64,000 nt of DNA, from NCBI GenBank assembly GCA_950097015.1, contig CATNEN010000003.1:3844001-3908000 (forward strand), written 5' to 3'. The translations under genes and the position numbers were made by a program. Positions 10,939 through 22,100 of this stretch are shown here, in pieces (positions within the stretch are counted from its first letter, which is position 1; every line of letters begins with the position of its first letter). The notes under the pieces were generated by a model, which was not told the DNA's origin, ran no database searches, and saw nothing but the letters and a program-made list of their open reading frames with translations. The stretch is from Macrostomum hystrix (taxonomy: Eukaryota; Animalia; Platyhelminthes).

Positions 10939-12347
10939 AGTCCTTTTAGAAGCGATTTAGTTTATTGTTGCTTAAAAGTACAAAGACCAGGCTATACCCC
11001 TAATGAAAGATCCGTGGGTATTTCAAAGGCCAAATTGACTACTTCACTATGGCTCCAAATCGAACGTCTAATTTTCGTGAAACTCCACCATTTGGATCGA
11101 AATTTTAGCGGAGCGAATAGCAGCAAATTTTTTCCTGAACAGAGAAAAGTAAACTGTTGGTATTTGAAACACTCCCACAGTCTTTCTACTGTGATGGCGA
11201 TCGGTAAATGGTACAGTAGTTAACGCTTATGACTCACAGACCACAGCAAGTAATCTTCACTCGGCAGGATTAAGCAACCAATTTTTCTCTTTTTTCGATT
11301 CCATTTTTCTGACAATCATAGTGAAATACTTGTTGGCAATATCGAATATTTGACATCAACAGCTAGGGTAGGATCGCAAGGACAATATAGCAAAGTTAAA
11401 ACAAAAACTAACGTTTTTATCACCGACCTGTTTCGACCAGCTAGATCACAACTTTTCATGTCCGTCTAGTATACAGCTTCATCTCACTCAACTCAAACAA
11501 AATGAACATTCTAATGTTCTCGGAAACGTTGAAAGTACACAAGTAGATTTGTTAACAAACAGGCCTTGTTCAGCAATCTGGATTTACTTACTCTTTGTGT
11601 TCAGTTGTCGCGAAATGCAATGGCCGTTTCGAGTTTGTTCATACGTTTCTACACATTTGCATCTTGAAGTCAAACAGCTTTGAAAACAAGTCTATATAAA
11701 AGGCATACCAATTTAACACAGGCGTCTAATAATAAAGCACGACGTTCATGGCTGACAGTGATTTAATTAGTAGGTCAACAATATACAGACTTAAGTCAAA
11801 TTGTAAGCCAGTGCAATTCTGTGCGTCAGTACCCAGCCTTCAATCCCTTATCGCCGTTATTTAGGACTGTTTAGGCTTGACAAACTACCCCCCCCTGTAA
11901 TAGCGAACCATGCAGAGCTTCACAAGTGTGCACAAATCACGCGTGCACAAATATAGATACAAATATTAAGGCTACAATTCGTATGGCGTACAGAGTACAG
12001 TCATGTATAGAGTAGGATAAGTCATGGCTGACAGTCGTGCAGCCTTTTCAATAAATGTTACTTATCGAGACACCTGGTACTTTTGAATCAAGAACTTTGC
12101 GCTCGTAATACAATCCGGAAAATACTTGGATGAATCAGTCTTATGCTAGCATTTTCTTAAATTCTTATTAATAAATTCTAGATACGTTCGTCTCGCAGTT
12201 TTTTTTTTGCAATTTTAACAAATTTGCCGCTGTCGCCGCCTTCAGCAAAGTTATATCTTTCTGGAATAATTAAGCTGCTTCAAAATTGGTCAAAGTCTCT
12301 TTTCTCCCCGAATCTGAGTTAATTATACTAGTAATAGTTTTATTATA

Positions 12348-12428
12348 GGCGATTGTAAGCCAGCGGTTAGCCAGCTCAGACTCACGACTTGTAGGTTGGG
12401 GTTCGATTCCCGACTCTACTGGAACTTT
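12348..12428 (+). mobile_element. SINE head fragment (tRNA-like)
   Basis: GACTCACGACTTGTAGGTTGGGGTTCGATTCCCGACTCTACTGGAAC matches the head of the 3459-3764 SINE. Confidence 0.75.
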
Positions 12429-13222
12429 TTGCTAACTATTTTTATACCACGGGGCCGGGGGGTTTTCACTAACTTAAAAAAATTTTCACTGCTCTAGAAA
12501 GCAGCAACACGAGCTTACGAAACTCAGAAACACGGGTCAAATTCTTGCTGTGCATTTTCTGAAATAATAATCAATTCGCACTGCCCTTCAGACTTGGCGA
12601 TGTTTCCATACACTTTGTGCTTATGGGAAAATCGATTTGACTACATTTATGATTGATAAAATTAAGAAAATTACTTTCACTTACCAACGAGCCAATCATT
12701 TTAAATAGCTGCATCCGATGAAGACCGAGTCAATCTCGAATAAAAGTACAAATATGACTAAGGCACAATGGATCGCTCACAGCTCAGACTTTGAGTTTTG
12801 TTAAAAAAAAGCAACTGAAATAGCTTCAAATGTGTCGATATTGTTTGCGCCAAGTGCAGCTAATGTGCAGATAAGCTATCTATCGAATGACTTAGGTTAT
12901 GATTCTCAAACGCCTTGCGGTGCAAAGATCGTTCTTTGAAACCGAGAAAGAATTACGGTGCATAGTGAGCGCATGCAGTGCCAGTCCCATGATGTGTAGG
13001 ATTCGGGCGTGATAAAATAAGAACTGTGAACTTCGGGCAACGAATGAGTAATGTAAGTAGCCTGGAGATTATATAATTCTGTAATAATTTAAACAGAATT
13101 TTATTTGCGGGCTAAAAATGAAGCGAAAATGATTGATAAAGTTAAATCATCATCCAAATTAACACTGCCTAGAATTCCAATGCGCCTACTTTTAATTTTT
13201 ATTTCATACTAGTACTTTTGTA

Positions 13223-13503
13223 GGGGTTGTTGTCTCCTGGTTCGAGCATCGGACTCACGACTTGAAGGTCGAGTGTTCGATTCCCAGATCCACTAGAACA
13301 CAATGTGTCCCGTAGCAAGACAATGCGTTGCTTCTGTTCACCCTGCTATCAAAGGGTACCACTATTAGCTGGGGTAATTGAGGGTGGGTGTGGCGTCCCC
13401 CCAGTCCATGGACTGAACAGCCGTACATAGCCTTCAGATGCGCCGCACAATAGCTGCAGCTGTGCTTCCTGCTGCTCATCTGGCCCAAAATGGGCGGCTG
13501 TAA
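13223..13503 (+). mobile_element. tRNA-derived SINE, near full-length copy
   Basis: Head ...GGACTCACGACTTGAAGGTCGAGTGTTCGATTCCC; the body is colinear with the reverse complement of 3480-3764, down to CATCTGGCCCAA. Confidence 0.85.
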
Positions 13504-13824
13504 TTAAATATTATAATTACTATTAAATAATCAATTATTATACTAACGACTTCCACCTCGTAAAAAACTAACTCTGTCAATAATTTATTTCTTTCATAGC
13601 ACCTATGTGTTGGGACAGATATCGAACGTCGGTCCCTAGGAGAGGAGAAATTCCTGGCTAATCGACGAAAAAATGTATAAAACTTTGAAACAACTTTTAA
13701 AGGGCGCAATACGCTCTCATGGAAGATGTTTATTGTGAGACAACGCAGCTTTGAGAGTCCTCAAGCCACTGCTCGAAAATAGCAAGGAATAAATTAACCA
13801 AAACCTAACACCAGACATTGTTCA

Positions 13825-15063
13825 TTAACACTTGAAGTTCATCAGAGTGCGCTTCATCGGAACATAGTGCCTACCAGTGTTGAAACTGCAGTAGGTCGGA
13901 TTATCCTTGATGCTCCGGTCAGTGGTGTAGGCACCGTTCAGATTCACTGTGTGACAGGCCTTAAACCACCAGCCACCGTATCCAAAGCGCTGCGAACAAG
14001 AACTTTTATATTGGTCATAGTCTCTATCGAAGGTGCTGAAAGGCATCTCATCGTGGTGAGATATCATGTCACCGAGAGTGGAGCGTCCGACCTGCAGCCC
14101 TACTCGAAGGCGGTACTGCTGCTCAGCGCCGAGAACCTCGAACATTTTGAACTCAGCGCTGTACTTCCTGCCGCTGAAGTCCTCCGTCTCGATCCTCAGT
14201 CCGCATCGAGCTGTGAGTGGGTAGCCGTTCTTCACTCCGGTGACAGTCAACTCGGACAGACGCTCCAGGCCTGCGGGATTCGAGTAGACTCACAAACAGA
14301 CTCTCATACTCACAAAGGCGGGAAGAAACACAATGAAGGATTGGAAAGCTCCCTACTCACCCATCCAGTAGTTGGACTTGGGATTTCCGAACCCCTTCAC
14401 GTAGGCGTCCCAGTTCTGAGCGAACGAGAGGCTGCCGTCGACTCGTCTCTGGAACACCACCCAGCGATGGGGGTCGCAGCTGAGCTTGGGGGCATTGGCG
14501 CTGCGTCTTGTACCGAACCTGACCGGAGTGCCACCCACTCTGCCGACCGCCTCGAACTTCAGAGCTCGTCCGATGTCCGACGGGTTGCTCACGAGCTCCT
14601 CTCGGAGGTAACGACACCTGAGAAATGAGCTGCACAGAAACACCAGGTCAGCCGCTTCACCTGAGCTCTTCAGCTCCACCAGAAGTGAGAGCCCGGACTC
14701 GCCGCTCGTCAAGGCTTTGTTGACCTTGGCTTTCAATCCGGTGATTGTGACTCGGCCGACCTTCATCGACGAGTGGACGGGTGATCGCAAGGTGTTGGCG
14801 TCGATGCGGACAGGTAGGACCAGCTGGTACTTCATGTAGACTCGGCTGTACCTCGGTGAGCTGCAAGACGAGTCGAATGCGACTCTGGGCTCCGCCACCT
14901 GAGCTCCATCCACCTCAAACACCCTCAACTTTGATCCTCTGAAGGAGACCGTGCCGACACTGTTGAAGCTGTCAACGTCCATGTACTGCACGTCTCCCTG
15001 TGAGAGAGAGACGCAGCAGGAGAAGGATAGAAGAGCGACGGCGGCGAGAGTCCACGACTGCAT
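13825..15063 (-). CDS. Secreted fibrinogen-related domain (FReD) protein, ~382 aa; exons 15063-14361 and 14270-13825
   Basis: Signal peptide MQSWTLAAVALLSFSCCVSLSQG. Fibrinogen-C motifs WVVFQRRVDGSLSFAQNWDAYVKGFGNPKSNYWMG|LERL, FSTFDRDYD, GGWWFKAC and NLNG. One 90-nt GT-AG phase-1 intron. AATAAA on the minus strand at 13729-13734. Confidence 0.93.
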
Positions 15064-15160
15064 GGCTGTGTGACAGTGTACGATCCTGATGCTTGACTGG
15101 CTGATCCCGGAGGCCTTGACTTGCTCGATCCTTGAGACTTGGACGCTCGGGAGGCAGCTG

Positions 15161-15170
15161 GTATTTATGC
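15161..15170 (-). promoter_or_regulatory. TATA-like box of the FReD gene
   Basis: GCATAAATAC on the minus strand ~100 bp upstream of the ATG at 15063. Confidence 0.45.
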
Positions 15171-15920
15171 TGCTTGTCGGCTGCTCAGTTTCGATGGCTC
15201 TCAATCGAGGGGTTGTCAATTTCCCAATCAACCCCTCGTTGTGTCTCGCTAAGCTGAAGTAGGGCTGTCTGGAAATTCGCGAGCTGTGGGCGTTTCCGCG
15301 ACAGCTGCTGGCCGAATACATGGGGAAGCGGTGAATATCAGTTATGTGAATTGCATTGCGATTCCTAGATAAGTGTGGCCTCTCACACTTTTTGAGCATG
15401 TTCATGTTTTTGGTATGGACACTTTTTCGCTATTTTCTGGATTAAGACGCTTACTAGGTTTTTGGTATGCTAGAATACCGCTTTTCTTTTCGTCTGGCTA
15501 AAATAATTTCAAATAGAAAGTTTCATTGAACGGTCTATAGTCACAGTCTAACACTCATTGTCCGACTAAAAAACTTGCTTTATTCGAAACTGCGAAACTA
15601 GATACACGTAGCAAAGCGTAGGCACGCATGATCTGAAAAACTCTGAGTTGAGAATAAAGTAAAGTTTTTGTCATGTTGCTTTTCGATGTTAAGTCCACTC
15701 GCCAAATACACTTTGAATTCGAAGTCGAAGTTCGAAGTCAAAGTTGTGTCCTCTTGGTATCCTGTCTTTCTTCCAAGCTTTCATTCTCTTTTGCTTTTGT
15801 TTTCAGCAGTGAGCAAAAGTTAAAGTTAAAACTTTTTTTGGCATGGCCGCTAACTGATTTTGTCACTTTTTACAGCACTGCTTATTCGAGTGAAAAAAAT
15901 AGTTGGCCAGTCGCAGGACC

Positions 15921-16109
15921 ATGGCCGACAAACACACGCTGCAGGCCATCTACGTCAGCACCGACAGGGCTGTCGCCGACTACGCCGCGGGCAACTGGCT
16001 CTGCAACGCCGCCTCCTCAACGCGCAGCGCCAATGAGCGCCAGACCTCCTGCGCTAGAATCCTACCGTCGGGAGGCTTGACTCGTTCAAGGCTGATCCTT
16101 GAGGCTTGA
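15921..16109 (+). other. Putative coding exon/gene start running into the 22-bp satellite
   Basis: ACCATGG context and strongly C/G-ending codons like those of the real exons here (MADKHTLQAIYVSTDRAVADYAAGNWLC...). No recognisable family. Satellite sequence begins at ~16071. Confidence 0.35.
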
Positions 16110-19100
16110 CTCGTTCAAGGCTGATCCTTGAGGCTTGACTCGCTGATCCTAGAGGCTTGACTCGCTGATCCTTGAGGTTCTCTCGCTGATCCTTGAGGCT
16201 TGACTCGCTGATCCTTGAGGCTTGACTCGTTCAAGGCTGATCCTTGAGGCTTGACTCGCTGATCCTTGAGGCTTGACTCGCTGATCCTTGAGGTTCTCTC
16301 GCTGATCCTTGAGGCTTGACTCGCTGATCCTTGAGGCTTGACTCGCTGATCCTTGAGGCTTGACTCGCTGATCCTTGAGGCTTGACTCGCTGATCCTTGA
16401 GGCTTGACTCGCTGATCCTTGAGGCTTGACTCGCTGATCCTTGAGGCTTGACTCGCTGATCCTTGAGGCTTGACTCGCTGATCCTTGAGGCTTGACTCGC
16501 TGATCCTTGAGGCTTGACTCGCTGATCCTTGAGGCTTGACTCGCTGATCCTTGAGGCTTGACTCGCTGATCCTTGAGGCTTGACTCGCTGATCCTTGAGG
16601 TTCTCTCGCTAATCCTTGAGGCTTGACTCGCTGATCCTAGAGGCTTGACTTGCTGATCCTTGAGGCTTGACTCGCTGATCCTTGAGGCTTGACTCGCTGA
16701 TCCTTGAGGCTTGACTCGCTGATCCTTGAGGCTTGACTCGCTGATCCTTGAGGCTTGACTCGCTGATCCTTGAGGCTTGACTCGTTCGATCCTTGAGGCT
16801 TGACTCGTTCGATCCTTGAGGCTTGACTCGCTGATCCTTGAGGCTTGACTCGCTGATCCTTGAGGCTTGACTCGCTGATCCTTGAGGCTTGACTCGCTGA
16901 TCCTTGAGGCTTGACTCGCTGATCCTTGAGGCTTGACTCGCTGATCCTTGAGGCTTGACTCGTTCGATCCTTGAGGCTTGACTCGCTGATCCTTGAGGCT
17001 TGACTCGCTGATCCTTGAGGCTTGACTCGCTGATCCTTGAGGCTTGACTCGCTGATCCTTGAGGCTTGACTCGCTGATCCTTGAGGCTTGACTCGCTGAT
17101 CCTTGAGGCTTGACTCGCTTAGCATTGAGGCTTGACTCGCTGATCCTTGAGGTTCTCTCGCTGATCCTTGAGGCTTGACTCGCTGATCCTTGAGGCTTGA
17201 CTCGCTGATCCTTGAGGCTTGACTCGCTGATCCTTGAGGTTTGACTCGCTGATCCTTGAGGCTTGACTCGCTGATCCTTGAGGCTTGACTCGCTGATCCT
17301 TGAGGCTTGACTCGCTGATCCTTGAGGCTTGACTCGCTGATCCTTGAGGCTTGACTCGCTGATCCTTGAGGTTCTCTCGCTAATCCTTGAGGCTTGACTC
17401 GCTGATCCTAGAGGCTTGACTTGCTGATCCTTGAGGCTTGACTCGCTGATCCTTGAGGCTTGACTCGCTGATCCTTGAGGCTTGACTCGCTGATCCTTGA
17501 GGCTTGACTCGCTGATCCTTGAGGCTTGACTCGCTGATCCTTGAGGCTTGACTCGTTCGATCCTTGAGGCTTGACTCGTTCGATCCTTGAGGCTTGACTC
17601 GCTGATCCTTGAGGCTTGACTCGCTGATCCTTGAGGCTTGACTCGCTGATCCTTGAGGCTTGACTCGCTGATCCTTGAGGCTTGACTCGCTGATCCTTGA
17701 GGCTTGACTCGCTGATCCTTGAGGCTTGACTCGTTCGATCCTTGAGGCTTGACTCGCTGATCCTTGAGGCTTGACTCGCTGATCCTTGAGGCTTGACTCG
17801 CTGATCCTTGAGGCTTGACTCGCTGATCCTTGAGGCTTGACTCGCTGATCCTTGAGGCTTGACTCGCTGATCCTTGAGGCTTGACTCGCTTAGCATTGAG
17901 GCTTGACTCGCTGATCCTTGAGGTTCTCTCGCTGATCCTTGAGGCTTGACTCGCTGATCCTTGAGGCTTGACTCGCTGATCCTTGAGGCTTGACTCGCTG
18001 ATCCTTGAGGTTTGACTCGCTGATCCTTGAGGCTTGACTCGCTGATCCTTGAGGCTTGACTCGCTGATCCTTGAGGTTTGACTCGCTGATCCTTGAGGCT
18101 TGACTCGCTGATCCTTGAGGCTTGACTCGCTGATCCTTGAGGCTTGACTCGCTGATCCTTGAGGCTTGACTCGCTGATCCTTGAGGCTTGACTCGCTGAT
18201 CCTTGAGGCTTGACTCGCTGATCCTTGAGGCTTGACTCGCTGATCCTTGAGGTTTGACTCGCTGATCCTTGAGGCTTGACTCGCTGATCCTTGAGGCTTG
18301 ACTCGCTGATCCTAGAGGCTTGTCTTGCTGATCCTTGAGGCTTGACTCGCTGATCCTTGAGGCTTGACTCGCTGATCCTTGAGGCTTGACTCGCTGATCC
18401 TTGAGGCTTGACTCGCTGATCCTTGAGGCTTGACTCGCTGATCCTTGAGGCTTGACTCGTTCGATCCTTGAGGCTTGACTCGCTGATCCTTGAGGCTTGA
18501 CTCGCTGATCCTTGAGGCTTGACTCGCTGATCCTTGAGGCTTGACTCGCTGATCCTTGAGGCTTGACTCGCTGATCCTTGAGGCTTGACTCGCTGATCCT
18601 TGAGGCTTGACTCGTTCGATCCTTGAGGCTTTACTCGCTGATCCTTGAGGCTTGACTCGCTGATCCTTGAGGCTTGACTCGCTGATCCTTGAGGCTTGAC
18701 TCGCTGATCCTTGAGGCTTGACTCGCTGATCCTTGAGGCTTGACTCGCTGATCCTTGAGGCTTGACTCGCTTAGCATTGAGGCTTGACTCGCTGATCCTT
18801 GAGGTTCTCTCGCTGATCCTTGAGGCTTGACTCGCTGATCCTTGAGGCTTGACTCGCTGATCCTTGAGGCTTGACTCGCTGATCCTTGAGGTTTGACTCG
18901 CTGATCCTTGAGGCTTGACTCGCTGATCCTTGAGGCTTGACTCGCTGATCCTTGAGGTTTGACTCGCTGATCCTTGAGGCTTGACTCGCTGATCCTTGAG
19001 GCTTGACTCGCTGATCCTTGAGGTTCTCTCGCTGATCCTTGAGGCTTGACTCGCTGATCCTTGAGGCTTGACTCGCTGATCCTTGAGGCTTGACTCGCTG

Positions 19101-22100
19101 ATCCTTGAGGCTTGACTCGCTGATCCTTGAGGTTTGACTCGCTGATCCTTGAGGCTTGACTCGCTGATCCTTGAGGCTTGACTCGCTGATCCTAGAGGCT
19201 TGACTTGCTGATCCTTGAGGCTTGACTCGCTGATCCTTGAGGCTTGACTCGCTGATCCTTGAGGCTTGACTCGCTGATCCTTGAGGCTTGACTCGCTGAT
19301 CCTTGAGGCTTGACTCGCTGATCCTTGAGGCTTGACTCGCTGATCCTTGAGGCTTGACTCGCTGATCCTTGAGGCTTGACTCGCTGATCCTTGAGGCTTG
19401 ACTCGCTGATCCTTGAGGCTTGACTCGCTGATCCTTGAGGCTTGACTCCGCTGATCCTTGAGGCTTGACTCGCTGATCCTAGAGGCTTGACTCCGCTGAT
19501 CCTTGAGGTTTGACTCGCTGATCCTTGAGGCTTGACTTGCTGATCCTTGAGGCTTGACTCGCTGATCCTTGAGGCTTGACTCGCTGATCCTTGAGGTTCT
19601 CTCGCTGATCCTTGAGGCTTGACTCGCTGATCCTTGAGGCTTGACTTGCTGATCCTTGAGGCTTGACTCGCTGATCCTTGAGGCTTGACTCGCTGATCCT
19701 TGAGGTTCTCTCGCTGATCCTTGAGGCTTGACTCGCTGATCCTTGAGGCTTGACTTGCTGATCCTTGAGGCTTGACTCGCTGATCCTTGAGGCTTGACTC
19801 GCTGATCCTTGAGGTTCTCTCGCTGATCCTTGAGGCTTGACTCGCTGATCATTTAGACTTGACTCGCTGATCCTTGTGGCTTGACTTGCTGATCCTTGAG
19901 GCTTGACTTGCTGATCCTTGAGGCTTGACTTGCTGATCCTTGAGGCTTGACTCGCTGATCCTTGAGGCTTGACTCGCTGATCCTTGAGGCTTGACTCGCT
20001 GATCCTTGAGGCTTGACTCGCTGATCCTTGAGGCTTGACTCGCTTAGCATTGAGGCTTGACTCGCTGATCCTTGAGGTTCTCTCGCTGATCCTTGAGGCT
20101 TGACTCGCTGATCCTTGAGGCTTGACTCGCTGATCCTTGAGGCTTGACTCGCTGATCCTTGAGGTTTGACTCGCTGATCCTTGAGGCTTGACTCGCTGAT
20201 CCTTGAGGCTTGACTCGCTGATCCTTGAGGTTTGACTCGCTGATCCTTGAGGCTTGACTCGCTGATCCTTGAGGCTTGACTCGCTGATCCTTGAGGTTCT
20301 CTCGCTGATCCTTGAGGCTTGACTCGCTGATCCTTGAGGCTTGACTCGCTGATCCTTGAGGCTTGACTCGCTGATCCTTGAGGCTTGACTCGCTGATCCT
20401 TGAGGTTTGACTCGCTGATCCTTGAGGCTTGACTCGCTGATCCTTGAGGCTTGACTCGCTGATCCTAGAGGCTTGACTTGCTGATCCTTGAGGCTTGACT
20501 CGCTGATCCTTGAGGCTTGACTCGCTGATCCTTGAGGCTTGACTCGCTGATCCTTGAGGCTTGACTCGCTGATCCTTGAGGCTTGACTCGCTGATCCTTG
20601 AGGCTTGACTCGCTGATCCTTGAGGCTTGACTCGCTGATCCTTGAGGCTTGACTCGCTGATCCTTGAGGCTTGACTCCGCTGATCCTTGAGGCTTGACTC
20701 GCTGATCCTAGAGGCTTGACTCCGCTGATCCTTGAGGTTTGACTCGCTGATCCTTGAGGCTTGACTTGCTGATCCTTGAGGCTTGACTCGCTGATCCTTG
20801 AGGCTTGACTCGCTGATCCTTGAGGCTTGACTCGCTGATTCTTGAGGCTTGACTCGCTGATCCTTGAGGTTCTCTCGCTGATCCTTGAGGCTTGACTCGC
20901 TGATCCTTGAGGCTTGACTTGCTGATCCTTGAGGCTTGACTCGCTGATCCTTGAGGCTTGACTCGCTGATCCTTGAGGTTCTCTCGCTGATCCTTGAGGC
21001 TTGACTCGCTGATCCTTGAGGCTTGACTTGCTGATCCTTGAGGCTTGACTCGCTGATCCTTGAGGCTTGACTCGCTGATCCTTAAGGTTCTCTCGCTGAT
21101 CCTTGAGGCTTGACTCGCTGATCATTTAGACTTGACTCGCTGATCCTTGTGGCTTGACTTGCTGATCCTTGAGGCTTGACTTGCTGATCCTTGAGGCTTG
21201 ACTTGCTGATCCTTGAGGCTTGACTCGCTGATCCTTGAGGCTTGACTCGCTGATCCTAGAGGCTTGACTTGCTGATCCTTGAGATTAGACTCGCTGATCC
21301 TTGAGGCTTGACTCGCTGATCCTAGAGGCTTGACTTGCTGATCCTTGAGGTTAGACTCGCTGATCCTTGAGGCTTGACTCGCTGATCCTAGAGGCTTGAC
21401 TCGCTGATCCTTGAGGCTTGACTCGCTGATCCTTGAGGTTTGACTCGCTGATCCTTGAGGCTTGACTCGCTGATCCTTGAGGCTTGACTCGCTGATCCTA
21501 GAGGCTTGACTTGCTGATCCTTGAGGCTTGACTCGCTGATCCTTGAGGCTTGACTCGCTGATCCTTGAGGCTTGACTCGCTGATCCTTGAGGCTTGACTC
21601 GCTGATCCTTGAGGCTTGACTCGCTGATCCTTGATGTTTGACTCGCTGATCCTTGAGGCTTGACTCGCTGATCCTTGAGGCTTGACTCGCTGATCCTAGA
21701 GGCTTGACTTGCTGATCCTTGAGGCTTGACTCGCTGATCCTTGAGGCTTGACTCGCTGATCCTTGATGTTTGACTCGCTGATCCTTGAGGCTTGACTCGC
21801 TGATCCTTGAGGCTTGACTCGCTGATCCTAGAGGCTTGACTTGCTGATCCTTGAGGCTTGACTCGCTGATCATTTAGACTTGACTCGCTGATCCTTGAGG
21901 CTTGACTCGCTGATCCTTGATGTTTGACTCGCTGATCCTTGAGGCTTGACTCGCTGATCCTAGAGGCTTGACTTGCTGATCATTGAGGCTTGACTCGCTG
22001 ATCCTAGAGGCTTGACTTGCTGATCCTTGAGGCTTGACTCGCTGATCCTTGAGGCTTGACTCGCTGATCGTTGAGGCTTGACTCGTTATACCTTGAGGCT

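Noticed and set aside
9335-10939. Overlapping ORFs of VSSLPCLISP repeats
   Set aside because: Translation of a 16-bp minisatellite in all three frames inside a MITE.
9339-10950. Target-site duplication for MITE copy B
   Set aside because: The flanks ATTCATTTTA and AGTCCTTTTA match 8/10 but are not the exact 8-bp TSD expected for hAT, so it is not claimed.
13867-14628. 253-aa plus-strand ORF
   Set aside because: Antisense shadow of the GC3-rich FReD exons.
15064-15405. N-terminal extension of the FReD ORF from ATG 15405
   Set aside because: The signal peptide begins at Met 15063, a TATA-like box lies within the extension, and paralogue similarity fades shortly upstream of that ATG.
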